Assembly: GCA_017461545.1 (NCBI GenBank)
Contig: JAFTXP010000014.1
Coordinates: 8,394-72,393 of the forward strand
DNA from: Clostridia bacterium
Lineage (GTDB): Bacteria > Bacillota > Clostridia > UBA1212
Length of the DNA stretch: 64,000 bases
Reading direction: 5' to 3'
Below the pieces are notes generated by a model. That model was not told where the DNA came from. It searched no databases and saw nothing but the letters and a program-made list of their open reading frames with translations. The position numbers and the translations under genes were made by a program. Positions 48,332 to 58,500 of this stretch are shown piece after piece (within the stretch, counting starts at the first letter, position 1; each line of letters begins with the position of its first letter).

Positions 48332-48560
48332 AAAAACACCGCTCAAGCAATCGTTCTGATACTGAACAACGCTCAAGGGTGCAGATAACTTTTTTGTGAC
48401 CGCACGGTCCCACCTTGAATTTTTTCTCATTACCCTATAACGTAGGTCACACGTCGATGCTTTTTACATCGCACTCAGAAGTAGTTTTCGTGAATATCTA
48501 TATAAGAAAACTTACAGCCACGGTTTTCTCTCTCTTTGATAAATCAATAGACACTACTCT
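48332..48560 (-). promoter_or_regulatory. T-box leader of thrS (antiterminator/terminator switch)
   Basis: The - strand reads AAAAAATTCAAGGTGGGACCGTGCGG (T-box). The antiterminator is CAAGG[UGGGACC]GUGC...GCAC-CCUUG. The overlapping terminator is CACC-C-CUUGAGCGUUGUUC...GAACGAUUGCUUGAG-C-GGUG followed by UUUUUU. A candidate ACU (Thr) specifier lies in GAAAACUAC. Confidence 0.8.
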
Positions 48561-48659
48561 CTCCGTCAACGCTTTAACTTTAAGAAGTTTAACACATAAA
48601 ATTTAATTGTTCAAGTGCCTATTCAATGGTAAAATTAAATAAAAAAGAAAGTTTTTACT

Positions 48660-49556
48660 ATGTATTATTATTCATTAAATAATTATCTCAAAGAAAGATT
48701 CGGGGAAAAAGTATATAAGATATCTCTTGACGGAGGAATGACCTGCCCTAACCGTGACGGCAAAATCGGTTACGGAGGTTGCGTTTTCTGTTCAAACGGA
48801 TCGGGTCAATTCACAGCTAAAGGTTTAACAATTTTTGAGCAAATCGAAAACGGCAAAAATCTTATAAAACAAAAAACCTCTTGTAGCAAATTTATTGCTT
48901 ACTTTCAAAGCTATACAAACACATATGCTCCGACAGAATATTTAAAAAATATTTTTACGCAGGCGATCAATCATCCTGACATTGTGGCGATATCAATCGG
49001 AACACGTCCCGATTGTCTTCCCGAAGATGTTATCGAATTGCTTGCAGTACTCAATAAAATAAAGCCGGTCTGGGTAGAACTCGGGCTTCAGACTTCAAAT
49101 GAAAAAACTGCTGCATATATAAATCGCGGCTATTCAAATGAAATCTACAGCGATGCAGTATGTAAACTAAAAGAAAACGGCATCTATGTTGTTACACATA
49201 TGATTATCGGATTGCCCGGGGAATATTATGAAGATTTTCTGTATACTCTGAGGTATATTTGTCGAAGCGGATCGGATGGAATAAAGCTTCAATTACTGCA
49301 TGTTCTAAAAGGAACAAAACTCGCAGAAGATTTCTTATCAGGAAAATTCAGATGTTTGGAAAAAGATGAATATATTGATATCGTTTGTAAACTGATCAGA
49401 CATATTCCTAAAAATATTGTAATACACAGAATCACGGGTGACGGCGATAAAAAACTCACAATAGCTCCGCAATGGAGCCTGAATAAAAAGGATGTGTTAA
49501 ATTCTTTTAACAAAATGATTAAAATAATGAACATTACACAGGGTGATGCAATATAA
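48660..49556 (+). CDS. Radical SAM protein, TIGR01212 (YtqA-like) family
   Basis: KISLDGGMTCPNRDGKIGYGGCVFCS cluster motif. 298 aa. Confidence 0.8.
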   Translation: MYYYSLNNYLKERFGEKVYKISLDGGMTCPNRDGKIGYGGCVFCSNGSGQFTAKGLTIFEQIENGKNLIKQKTSCSKFIAYFQSYTNTYAPTEYLKNIFTQAINHPDIVAISIGTRPDCLPEDVIELLAVLNKIKPVWVELGLQTSNEKTAAYINRGYSNEIYSDAVCKLKENGIYVVTHMIIGLPGEYYEDFLYTLRYICRSGSDGIKLQLLHVLKGTKLAEDFLSGKFRCLEKDEYIDIVCKLIRHIPKNIVIHRITGDGDKKLTIAPQWSLNKKDVLNSFNKMIKIMNITQGDAI

Positions 49557-49616
49557 CTTTGCATTTCTGATAATCATTTGATATGATTACAGAACAAATG
49601 AGATTTGGAGGTTAAC

Positions 49617-50288
49617 ATGTTTAATCTGAATTATTTGATTGTTAAATTACTTACAGTACCCGGTATAATATTTGCTTTCTCTCTCCGAGGATATGCACAG
49701 GCGTTTGTTGCAAAAAAACTGGGAGATGACACACCGGAAAGAAACGGTCAGCTTACTATGAATCCTATGGCGCATATTGATCTGATTGGTTTCTTATGTA
49801 TTTTACTGCTTGGAATCGGCTGGGGAAAACCGGTAAGAACAAACTCAAGAAATTATAAAAATATCAAACGAGATTCTGCTATTCAAATTTTATCAGGACC
49901 TGCCGGACTTGTTTTCGGAGGATTTGCATTATCATTCTTTTTTGCACTCATAACATATCTGAATGGTTATATATTCAAAAATGAAATAGTTGATTATTTG
50001 TCTGACATCTTATGGTACGGAATGAGTACTTGTCTTGTTTTGGCAAACTTTTACCTTATACCGTTGCCGGGACTTGACGGATATAATTTTATTGTAAACT
50101 TCTTACCGTACCAAACATACCGAAAATTATACTCAATCGAAAAATACAGTATGTTTATATTTTTGGCATTTATCATTTTAATAAATACAACGTCAATACT
50201 TGACTTTCTGTTAGCTCCCGCAACATTTACGCTGAACAGCTTTATGACTTTATGGGATTTTCTTTTCGGATTGATTTTTAAATCATAA
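49617..50288 (+). CDS. Site-2-protease (M50)-like membrane protein lacking the HExxH motif
   Basis: AKKLGDDTPERNGQLTMNPMAHIDLIGF and IPLPGLDGYN match the small S2P family, but the expected HExxH position reads RGYAQ. ATG at 49617 lies 5 nt after GGAGG. Confidence 0.65.
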   Translation: MFNLNYLIVKLLTVPGIIFAFSLRGYAQAFVAKKLGDDTPERNGQLTMNPMAHIDLIGFLCILLLGIGWGKPVRTNSRNYKNIKRDSAIQILSGPAGLVFGGFALSFFFALITYLNGYIFKNEIVDYLSDILWYGMSTCLVLANFYLIPLPGLDGYNFIVNFLPYQTYRKLYSIEKYSMFIFLAFIILINTTSILDFLLAPATFTLNSFMTLWDFLFGLIFKS

Positions 50289-50314
50289 AAATTATTAAAC
50301 AGTATAATATATGT

Positions 50315-50351
50315 AAGCCTCGTTTCAAAAACACTTGAAACGAGGCTTTTT
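50315..50351 (+). terminator. Rho-independent terminator between convergent genes
   Basis: AAGCCTCGTTTCAA - AAACAC - TTGAAACGAGGCTT followed by TTT. Confidence 0.75.
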
Positions 50352-50357
50352 GTTAAA

Positions 50358-50540
50358 TTATTTCTTATAATCTTTACCTGTATACTGCTCAAAAACTTTC
50401 TGAGTAATACGGCCACCGATTGAACCGTTTTCTCTTGAAGTCTTATCACCGTTGTAACCGTGCTTAAGATCAATACCAAGCTCATTTGCAACTTCGTACT
50501 TCATCTGATCAAAAGCAGTTTTGCTCTTCTTGTTTGACAT
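50358..50540 (-). CDS. Alpha/beta-type small acid-soluble spore protein
   Basis: MSNKKSKTAFDQMKYEVANELGI...TSRENGSIGGRITQKV. Start at the internal ATG, preceded by GGTGA. Confidence 0.85.
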   Translation of the reverse strand: MSNKKSKTAFDQMKYEVANELGIDLKHGYNGDKTSRENGSIGGRITQKVFEQYTGKDYKK

Positions 50541-50580
50541 AATATTCACCACACTTTTTAATAAATTTGTACTGCGTGGT

Positions 50581-50610
50581 TATTATGTGAAATAAATCAA
50601 TTATTATTCA
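50581..50610 (-). promoter_or_regulatory. Possible forespore (sigma-G-type) promoter of the SASP gene
   Basis: The - strand reads GAATA - 17 nt - CATAATA, matching the B. subtilis sigma-G consensus GHATR-N17/18-CATXHTA as I recall it. Confidence 0.4.
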
Positions 50611-50614
50611 AAAA

Positions 50615-51880
50615 TTAATTTATTCCGAGCCATTCAAGAATTTTACGAATCAATCTTGTAAACCAACCTGCTTTTTCAACTTTTTCTGCAGTAACCAGGT
50701 CAGCTCTACCGATTTCCTGATCGTTTAATTTATACACAACAGATCCAACTTTTACACCTGATTCTACAGGTGCTTTAATATCTCCGTCCAACACAATTTC
50801 GCTGGTTACGTTTTCGACATCATTGACATTTATAGTAACATATAAATCTGAAGCAACAGCAGTTTTTACTTTCAGATTTTTGCCGTCAGTTATATTAATT
50901 TTTCTGACAAAAGTTCCTGATGACGCAATTAATGTATGTGCGTAATTTTCCATAGCAAATTCGATAAGAAACTTAAGTGTTCCTGCGCGAGTACTCTTAT
51001 CAGGAGCACCTATTATAACAGCAACTTCTCTTTTACCGTCCACAGATGCAGTTGCGCATTGTGCATAACCGTCAGCTTTTGAATAACCTGTAAGAAGTCC
51101 GTCACATGCTTCATAAAATTCTTTTCTTATCAAATCGTTTGAAGAAATCATTTGCGTATCAGGCTGTCCGGTCGATGTATGTTTAAAATAGCCAAATGTA
51201 ATTGTTGTATAATTAAGAATATCCGGATAATTTTTTATAAGGTGATAAGATAATATTGCAACATCATTAGAAGAAGAATATTGACCTTCTTCAATTGTTT
51301 TTATTCCGGTAGAATCCTGATAGCAAGTGTTATTTAAACCTAATTCTTTTGCTTTTTCATTCATCATGACAACAAAAGCATCTTCATTCATGGCTAATGT
51401 CTCAGACAGCGCGTATGCAGCATCATTGGCACTTGCCACGCAAATAGCTTCTATCGCTTGTTTTACAGTTATAACTTCTTTTTTTCCGTAATCAAGAAAT
51501 ACAGACTCCCTGCCTGAACCTGCATTCTGGGCGTTTTTTGTCACTCTAACTTCAGAATCTAATGTTATAGTATTGTTCGCCATGGCTTCAAAGGTAAGAT
51601 ACAATGTCATTATCTTTACCATATTTCCGATAGTATAATGACTATCGCCGGTCTCACTTTTTATAATTATCGTTCCGGAATCGAAATCAACAACAGAGAA
51701 TGATTTTACGTTCAAAGTATCAACCGACGCATTTTTATAAATATTTGTTGCATCTGTTGTGCTGAAACCTAAGGACATTATAGATAAAAATGTACTGTTT
51801 AACAAACAAGCACATAAAATAAAACATATTAATTTCTTGAATATTTTACTGTTTAATTTTGACGAAAGCATAGTAATCAA
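50615..51880 (-). CDS. D-alanyl-D-alanine carboxypeptidase (S11, DacB/DacF-like) homologue with degenerate catalytic motifs
   Basis: Signal peptide. The SxN motif is kept (SANDAA), but the SxxK position reads NMVK (GNMVKIMT) and KTG reads LTG (DGLLTGYS). Confidence 0.7.
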   Translation of the reverse strand: MITMLSSKLNSKIFKKLICFILCACLLNSTFLSIMSLGFSTTDATNIYKNASVDTLNVKSFSVVDFDSGTIIIKSETGDSHYTIGNMVKIMTLYLTFEAMANNTITLDSEVRVTKNAQNAGSGRESVFLDYGKKEVITVKQAIEAICVASANDAAYALSETLAMNEDAFVVMMNEKAKELGLNNTCYQDSTGIKTIEEGQYSSSNDVAILSYHLIKNYPDILNYTTITFGYFKHTSTGQPDTQMISSNDLIRKEFYEACDGLLTGYSKADGYAQCATASVDGKREVAVIIGAPDKSTRAGTLKFLIEFAMENYAHTLIASSGTFVRKINITDGKNLKVKTAVASDLYVTINVNDVENVTSEIVLDGDIKAPVESGVKVGSVVYKLNDQEIGRADLVTAEKVEKAGWFTRLIRKILEWLGIN

Positions 51881-53136
51881 CCTTTCTCAAAAGTATATGC
51901 ACTGTTAAGTATGTTTAATGAATCTGAAATATCTGATTTATCAGAATATAGATACGCTAAAATATCGCCTTTTGAAACTATGTCACCCAAAGAAACGTTG
52001 AGTTTTATTCCCGCTGACATGTCGATCGGAGATGTTTTTGTCAATCTTCCGGCGCCAAGCAAACATGAGGCTTTTCCGCATGCCAAAGCATCAATACCGG
52101 TAACCACACCGCTTTTTTTAGCTTTATATTCGTAAGTATATAAAGGCTGTTTAAACAATGAATAATCATTTACAACATCGGAATTTCCACCCTGCGCTCT
52201 GATCATATCCTCAAACTTTGATAAAGCTTTTCCGGATAACAATGCATCAACACATTTCTTTTCTGCGTCACTTTTCTCTATATTTAAAGATAATGAAACC
52301 ATTTCTGACGAAAGTTTAATGCATGTATCAAAAAAATGTTTATCATAAGTACCTTTAAGAGCATCTATCGCCTCAATAACCTCCAAGGAATTACCTATAT
52401 TTTTTCCTAAAGGAACATTCATGTCTGAAATAATCGCACTTACTTTTTTTCCAGCAGCTTCTCCTGCTTTTATCATTGCTGACGCTAAACTTTCAGCATC
52501 AGCTTTAGTTTTCATAAAAGCACCGCTGCCTGTCTTTACATCTAAAACGATACAATCACTGCCGGTCGCAATTTTTTTACTCATTATGCTGGATGCTATA
52601 AGCGGTATGCTTTGGACTGTTCCCGTAACGTCACGGAGCGCATACAGTTTTTTGTCTGCCGGAGCCAATTCTGCCGTTGATGATGCGATACACAAACCTA
52701 TTTTATTTACCGTATCAATAAAATCAGACATCGATACATCTGCTGAAAAACCGGGAATAGACTCAAGTTTATCAATAGTACCGCCTGTATGACCTAATCC
52801 GCGACCCGAAAGTTTTGCGACAGGAACTCCGCAAGCAGCTGCAACCGGAACACATACAAGAGAAGTTTTATCACCGACTCCTCCTGTGCTGTGTTTGTCT
52901 GCTTTGAGTCCGGATATCATACTCAAATCCTGCACATGACCGGAATGTGCCATTTCATAAGTAAGTGATGCTGTTTCAGCATCATCCATCGAATTTAAAA
53001 CAATTGCCATCAAAAGAGATGAAATCTGATAATCGGGAATCGAACCGTCTGTTACACCGTCAACAAAGAATTTTATTTCTTCATGGCTGAGTGCATAACC
53101 GTCTCTCTTTTTTTCGATTATTTCAATAATATTCAT
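51877..53136 (-). CDS. pdp: Pyrimidine-nucleoside (thymidine) phosphorylase
   Basis: KHSTGGVGDKTS and SGRGLGHTGGTIDKLE motifs. Confidence 0.9.
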   Translation of the reverse strand: MNIIEIIEKKRDGYALSHEEIKFFVDGVTDGSIPDYQISSLLMAIVLNSMDDAETASLTYEMAHSGHVQDLSMISGLKADKHSTGGVGDKTSLVCVPVAAACGVPVAKLSGRGLGHTGGTIDKLESIPGFSADVSMSDFIDTVNKIGLCIASSTAELAPADKKLYALRDVTGTVQSIPLIASSIMSKKIATGSDCIVLDVKTGSGAFMKTKADAESLASAMIKAGEAAGKKVSAIISDMNVPLGKNIGNSLEVIEAIDALKGTYDKHFFDTCIKLSSEMVSLSLNIEKSDAEKKCVDALLSGKALSKFEDMIRAQGGNSDVVNDYSLFKQPLYTYEYKAKKSGVVTGIDALACGKASCLLGAGRLTKTSPIDMSAGIKLNVSLGDIVSKGDILAYLYSDKSDISDSLNILNSAYTFEKG

Positions 53137-53159
53137 TCCGAAAAAACCTCATTTTACAA

Positions 53160-54572
53160 TTAATCAATGTAATCTTTAAGTTTTTTACTTCTTGTAGGAT
53201 GTCTGAGTTTTCTCAAGGACTTAGCTTCAATCTGTCTTATACGCTCTCTTGTGACATTAAACTCTTTGCCGACTTCTTCGAGAGTACGCGGACGTCCGTC
53301 ATCAAGACCGAATCGAAGTCTCAGCACTCTCTGCTCTCTTGGTGTAAGAGAGTTCAGTACTTCAATAATATGCTCACGCAAAAGAGTCTGTGCAGCACTC
53401 TCAGCAGGTGTCTGCGTATCCTCATCAGGAATAAAATCTCCGATATGGCTGTCTTCTTCTTCGCCGACAGGAGTTTCCAAAGATACAGGCTCTTGAGATA
53501 TCTTAATAATTTCTCTTACTTTTTCAACAGGCATACCCATTTCTTTTGCAATCTGATCGGGTGTAGGTTCTTTTCCCAATTTCTGACAAAGCTGTCTCTG
53601 CACTCGGGTCAGTTTATTTATAGTTTCAACCATGTGAACGGGAATTCTTATTGTTCTTGCCTGGTCTGCAATTGCACGTGTAATTGCCTGCCTGATCCAC
53701 CAAGTCGCATAAGTACTGAATTTATATCCTTTTCTATAGTCAAATTTATCAACAGCCTTGAGCAGTCCCATATTTCCTTCCTGTATCAGGTCGAGGAACT
53801 GCATTCCTCTGCCCACATATCGTTTAGCAATGCTTACAACAAGACGAAGGTTTGCTTCGTTTAGTTTTTGTTTAGCTTCTTCGCTGCCTTCTTCTATCTG
53901 TTTAGCAAGTTCAACTTCTTCTTCAGCATTAAGCAAAGGTACTTTACCTATTTCTTTTAAGTACATTCTGACATGATCCTCGATACCGACCTCGCTGGAC
54001 ATATTTGCCATATCAATAGCATTAGCATCAGATGTACCGTTTGATGTTTCTCCTATGATTTTAACACCGAATCTCTCAGCTAAATCATAAATTCTGTCAA
54101 AAATATCAGGTTCAGCGTCAATGTCTTCGAAAGCTTCCGTAATCTCTTCGACTGTCAGTTCGCCTTTACTTTTACCTTTGTCCATCAAAGATGTAATGAT
54201 AGTACGTTCAACTTCAGAAATCATATCATTTGCTTTAAATAAACTGTCTTCATTAAAGCCGCTGCCGTCGTCCGATACATTATTGATTCTTATACTTTTA
54301 AAAGAATGATTGTCGTCTTCGTATTCGTTGTATGATTCTATTTTGTCAATATCGGACATGGTATCTTCGAGCGATGAAATATCTCCGATGTCTTCCATAT
54401 CCTCGATATCTTCCAATTCTTTTTCGTCAACATCTTCAATAGAATCAATGCCGTTATCATCTTCAAACTCATCATAATCATTCAAAATATCATCAGATGA
54501 ATAGTCAGATTCTGCAGGTTCATATACATCATCAATTATCTCGTCTTTATCATTTGATTTTTTTCTTGCCAT
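53160..54572 (-). CDS. sigA: Primary RNA polymerase sigma factor (SigA/RpoD)
   Basis: Acidic N-terminus, regions 2-4 ([57 protein letters not shown]). ATG at 54572 lies 9 nt after AGGAGA. Confidence 0.95.
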   Translation of the reverse strand: MARKKSNDKDEIIDDVYEPAESDYSSDDILNDYDEFEDDNGIDSIEDVDEKELEDIEDMEDIGDISSLEDTMSDIDKIESYNEYEDDNHSFKSIRINNVSDDGSGFNEDSLFKANDMISEVERTIITSLMDKGKSKGELTVEEITEAFEDIDAEPDIFDRIYDLAERFGVKIIGETSNGTSDANAIDMANMSSEVGIEDHVRMYLKEIGKVPLLNAEEEVELAKQIEEGSEEAKQKLNEANLRLVVSIAKRYVGRGMQFLDLIQEGNMGLLKAVDKFDYRKGYKFSTYATWWIRQAITRAIADQARTIRIPVHMVETINKLTRVQRQLCQKLGKEPTPDQIAKEMGMPVEKVREIIKISQEPVSLETPVGEEEDSHIGDFIPDEDTQTPAESAAQTLLREHIIEVLNSLTPREQRVLRLRFGLDDGRPRTLEEVGKEFNVTRERIRQIEAKSLRKLRHPTRSKKLKDYID

Positions 54573-54618
54573 GAAAATCATTCTCCTTTTAATATTTATG
54601 TTATATATAATACTTAAA

Positions 54619-56424
54619 TCATTTATTGCTCATTAAAAGCTGATTTAATTTTTTAAGTAAAAGATCTCTTTCTTCGTTACTCAGATTTTTATCTTTTAAT
54701 CTAAGCAAGATTTCGTTTTTTTGCTCAGCAATACTGTTTTTATTAAGCCTGTCCATTATTTCCTTACAGGCTTTTACAGTATCCTGAGGCATAATAAATT
54801 TTTCAATTACACCTGACAAAACATCAGCGTCTCCCAAATCACAATTATTTAAAAGAAACTCATATCCGTTTTTCTTTCCGGATGATGCATTATCAATCAT
54901 TTTATTTAAAAGCAACTTATTTTTTTCGATTTTTATCAAATAAAGAACATCTTGTCCGAACTTTTTTAAACAGCTACTGTCTTCTGACAGCAAAACTAAC
55001 AAATATTTTTCGTTTTTATCAAGTTTTTTATACTCAGCAGAAGAAATTTCTGTCGTACCTGTATCGGAAACACCTGAATTAACCTTAGAAACATTAATTC
55101 TTCGAAAAGAATTCTTATCCAAAGAAAAACTTCCGCCGGATTTTACAACATCCACTTGTTCTTTTAAAGGTTCTTTTGGTATATGATACTTTTCCGAAAC
55201 CCAATTTATATACATTTCGCGTTCAACAACGCTGTCAATTGATGCTAAAACCTTTGTGACCCTTTTCAGAAATTCAGCACGTGTATCATTTTTTTCTAAT
55301 GACCATTCCTCCGCAACAAGACTGATTTTATATTCGATCAAAGTCAGGGAAGATTCAAGCTGCTTAACAAAATCTTCGGCACTGTGTTTTCTCAAATACT
55401 CATCGGCATCTTTTGCACCTTTTAGCCGGAAAACTTTTACACGAAAACCGTTTGAAGATAAGATATCCATACCGCGTATAGTGGCTTCTTTTCCTGCAGC
55501 ATCCGAATCATATGCAATTATAACCTCATCAAAATATTTTTTAAGAAGCTTAGCCTGGTTTACAGTCAGAGCAGTACCAAGCGATGCTACAGCCCAATTT
55601 ATTCCCTTCTGATGAAGAGCAATGCAGTCCATATAACCTTCTACAATAATGACCCTTCTGTTGTTTGATTTTCGAGCAAAATTTAAACCGTACAGATGTT
55701 TTCCTTTTGTATACACCGGTGTTTCAGCTGAATTAATATATTTAGGCTGAGACTCATCCGATGAAATTCTTCTGCCGCCGAATGCAATAACATTTCCAAG
55801 AACATCAAATATAGGAAACATAAGTCTGTCCCTGAATCTATCATAATATCTTTCTTTTTTTTCAGATCTGGATGAAAGACCGGCTTTAACTAAAATATCT
55901 TTCGGAACACCTGAAGAAACAAAATAATCAGTAAGAGAACTCCAATTTTCCTGAGCATATCCCAAACCGAATTTTTTCACAGTATCAGGAGTCAGACCTC
56001 TGTCCTTAAGATACAAAAGTGCTCTGTCGCTTTTTTTCAAAGAATCGTAAAAAAAGCGCGCAGCGTTTTTATTTAAAGATAAAACATTACTTTTCAAAGC
56101 ATCAATTTTTGCATATTCGGAATCATTACTTTGTCTTTTTATTTCTATCCCGGCTCTGTCCGCAAGAAACTCAAGTGATTTGACATAGTCAAGGCCTTCT
56201 GCAAGCATGATAAAATGAATAACGTTTCCGCCTTTTCCGCATCCGAAACATTTAAAAATCTGTTTTCCGTCATGGACATGAAAAGACGGAGTCTTTTCCT
56301 TATGAAAAGGACAAAGTCCCAAAAAACCTCCGCTTTTTCTGTCAAGCTTTATATAGTCAGAAATAACATCGGCGATATCGTTTTTTTCTATTATCTCTGC
56401 GATTTGCTCATCAGAAATTCTCAT
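54619..56424 (-). CDS. dnaG: DNA primase
   Basis: Zn finger [13 protein letters not shown]...CFGCGKGGN and Toprim EGYMD. Immediately upstream of sigA. Confidence 0.95.
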   Translation of the reverse strand: MRISDEQIAEIIEKNDIADVISDYIKLDRKSGGFLGLCPFHKEKTPSFHVHDGKQIFKCFGCGKGGNVIHFIMLAEGLDYVKSLEFLADRAGIEIKRQSNDSEYAKIDALKSNVLSLNKNAARFFYDSLKKSDRALLYLKDRGLTPDTVKKFGLGYAQENWSSLTDYFVSSGVPKDILVKAGLSSRSEKKERYYDRFRDRLMFPIFDVLGNVIAFGGRRISSDESQPKYINSAETPVYTKGKHLYGLNFARKSNNRRVIIVEGYMDCIALHQKGINWAVASLGTALTVNQAKLLKKYFDEVIIAYDSDAAGKEATIRGMDILSSNGFRVKVFRLKGAKDADEYLRKHSAEDFVKQLESSLTLIEYKISLVAEEWSLEKNDTRAEFLKRVTKVLASIDSVVEREMYINWVSEKYHIPKEPLKEQVDVVKSGGSFSLDKNSFRRINVSKVNSGVSDTGTTEISSAEYKKLDKNEKYLLVLLSEDSSCLKKFGQDVLYLIKIEKNKLLLNKMIDNASSGKKNGYEFLLNNCDLGDADVLSGVIEKFIMPQDTVKACKEIMDRLNKNSIAEQKNEILLRLKDKNLSNEERDLLLKKLNQLLMSNK

Positions 56425-56498
56425 AAAAATCAGTCCTCAAGTTTCACAAAAATGCTCCATGAGTCTCTTTCGACAATAAACATCAAATTTCCTTTATT

Positions 56499-56705
56499 TT
56501 AATAAAAAATTTTTATTTTTATTGAATTTTGTTCAGCCGCCTGTCTGACTTGATATAGATCTTTGGCATCAAAAAAAACACTGTATGAACATCCGTAAGA
56601 TGCATACTGTTTCGGAGTATTCACAATAGATGCATGAATAGAATTATTATGTAATTTTTCTAACAATTTAACTGCACGCTGCTGCGAAGAAACAACTGCA
56701 TACAT
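56499..56705 (-). CDS. DUF3343-like small protein (putative S/Se carrier-like fold)
   Basis: 68 aa. The pattern A..LL..L......IVNTP....SYGCSYSV resembles DUF3343 as I recall it. Confidence 0.5.
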   Translation of the reverse strand: MYAVVSSQQRAVKLLEKLHNNSIHASIVNTPKQYASYGCSYSVFFDAKDLYQVRQAAEQNSIKIKIFY

Positions 56706-56729
56706 AAAATCACCTGAAATAAAAATCTA

Positions 56730-57632
56730 TTACATTATATTTCTGAGATCCTCAAGATGTTCTCTTGCAAAATAAAATAAATATTGCTGTGCAAATCCGG
56801 ATAATTTGCCGAAATGCTTTTCAGCAAAGTCATTGATTTCTTTTAATGTCGAAGTTTTTTTCAGATATAACTCTTCCATAACGCGCTTAACCCATACATC
56901 AACAGGGAAGGCGTCACAGTGTGCTCCGGTAAAAAGAAGAATACAGTCAGCAACTTTCGGACCTACTCCGCTGAATTCTCTCAAATAATTTTCGGCATCA
57001 GATAAAGAAAGATTTTTTAGAATATCTAAATTTATCGGATTTTCGAAATACTTTGTAACAGAATTTTCTATGTACGCACATCTGTAACCGGCATGGCAGC
57101 AATCACTTATTTGCTCTGCTGAAATATTTAATAGTGCTTCAGCAGAAGGAAATGTATATAACCCGAACTCGGTTTTATTGCCGTAAGTTTCTGATATTTT
57201 TTCTACACAGCCTTTTATCCGAGGAATGTTATTATTTGCTGACAAAATAAAAGAAATCAATGTCTCGAACGGATCCTGGTTCAGTATTCTTATTCCGTAA
57301 CCGAATTCAACCGACGCTTTTAAATACTTATCAATATGTGATAATTCTTTTTTTATTAAAGAATAATCACGCCTCAAATCAAAATAATCTATCCAGAAAT
57401 CTACTGTATCCGGCGTAAAGCCCGACTGAATTGTAAGTACATTTTTCTGTTCCAGTTCATAATAAACAATTGCCGGATTATCACCTGCAATACCGATATA
57501 ACCCGAATTATACGGATTCCATCTGAAACACTGTCCGCATTCGAATATATGTTTTAAATTAAAATCACAAACATTATGAATATCAATTGCATTGTCAATA
57601 TATTTACTTTTTACTGCCTTAATCTCTGCCAT
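56730..57632 (-). CDS. HhH-GPD DNA glycosylase (8-oxoguanine glycosylase/AlkA-like)
   Basis: FSGVGPKVADCILLF...AFPVDVWVKR hallmark with the catalytic Lys/Asp context. Confidence 0.75.
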   Translation of the reverse strand: MAEIKAVKSKYIDNAIDIHNVCDFNLKHIFECGQCFRWNPYNSGYIGIAGDNPAIVYYELEQKNVLTIQSGFTPDTVDFWIDYFDLRRDYSLIKKELSHIDKYLKASVEFGYGIRILNQDPFETLISFILSANNNIPRIKGCVEKISETYGNKTEFGLYTFPSAEALLNISAEQISDCCHAGYRCAYIENSVTKYFENPINLDILKNLSLSDAENYLREFSGVGPKVADCILLFTGAHCDAFPVDVWVKRVMEELYLKKTSTLKEINDFAEKHFGKLSGFAQQYLFYFAREHLEDLRNIM

Positions 57633-57744
57633 AATTTCACCGATATATATTTTTTATTATTCTATCATACTTAAAACGAAAATGTTGATAAAAAAGTTTT
57701 TCCATTTTATAATAAAAAAAGTTTATCTGAAAGGAAAAAATAAA

Positions 57745-58500
57745 ATGAAAGATTCTATATATACTATCCCTGTAAGCGAGGCATTTGAAAAAGATTGTGA
57801 GTGTCCGGTTTGTGAGCTTAAAGCAAGATTCGAAAATGATACTGTGCAGTATTATGTAGGCCCCTCATTGATGGAGCCTGATAATAGAATTGAGACAAAC
57901 GAAACAGGCTTTTGCGCAAGACATTTTGAGCTGATGTATAATACAAAAGCAAATCGGTTAGGATTAGGCCTTGTGCTTGATACTTATATGCAGGAACAGA
58001 TTAAAAATATAGAAAAAGCATCAAAATCCAAAAGAATCTCCTCAAAAAACGGTTTTATAAAAAACATTATAAAAAAAGATGACGCTTCTGCGGAAGAAAA
58101 AACAGATGCATTGATTTCATATCTTGAAAGACACGAAAAAGAATGTTGTATATGTAAGAAGCTGGACTATACGATGGACAGATACATAGATATCATATTG
58201 AGTCTGTATTTTACAGAAAAGTCGTTTAATGAACGTTTTAAGTGCGGAAAAGGATTTTGTCTGCCACACCTGAAGCTTTTATTAAAAAAAGCAGCAAACA
58301 GTTATAACGAATCAAAATACACTGATTTTGCAAATACCGTTATAAAAATGCAATTGGAAAATCTGAATCGAATAGAAAAAGAAGTTGACTGGTTTACAAA
58401 AAAATTTGACTACAGAAATCAGGATGCGCCATGGGGAAACTCGCGTGATGCTTTGATTCGCGGAATAAAAAAGATGACCGGAGCTGAGAATATAGAATGA
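57745..58500 (+). CDS. Cys-rich protein of unknown function (DUF6062-like, from memory)
   Basis: Two Cys clusters: CECPVCE...CARH and CCICKK...CLPH. ATG at 57745 lies 9 nt after AAAGGA; the track ORF's 51-aa hydrophobic extension is rejected. Confidence 0.5.
   Translation: MKDSIYTIPVSEAFEKDCECPVCELKARFENDTVQYYVGPSLMEPDNRIETNETGFCARHFELMYNTKANRLGLGLVLDTYMQEQIKNIEKASKSKRISSKNGFIKNIIKKDDASAEEKTDALISYLERHEKECCICKKLDYTMDRYIDIILSLYFTEKSFNERFKCGKGFCLPHLKLLLKKAANSYNESKYTDFANTVIKMQLENLNRIEKEVDWFTKKFDYRNQDAPWGNSRDALIRGIKKMTGAENIE

Noticed and set aside
48338-48383. Apparent 8-nt direct repeat CTTGAGCG in the thrS leader
   Set aside because: CUUGAG is quasi-self-complementary when G-U pairs are allowed. 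The two copies are therefore the two arms of the T-box terminator helix, not a repeat element.
53199-53864. 221-aa plus-strand ORF (and 53251-53496, 53758-53976) inside sigA
   Set aside because: It is antisense to an unambiguous sigA/rpoD gene, has low-complexity Ser/Cys/Leu-rich translations and no RBS. This is a typical shadow ORF.

The same reasoning rejects these antisense ORFs:
- 7791-8315
- 17265-17660
- 31693-32091
- 33450-33837
- 35243-35620
- 38403-39084
- 39594-40051
- 40882-41169
- 41328-41642
- 46337-46735
- 47330-47740
- 50051-50491
- 52421-52792
- 55256-55612
- 63586-63960
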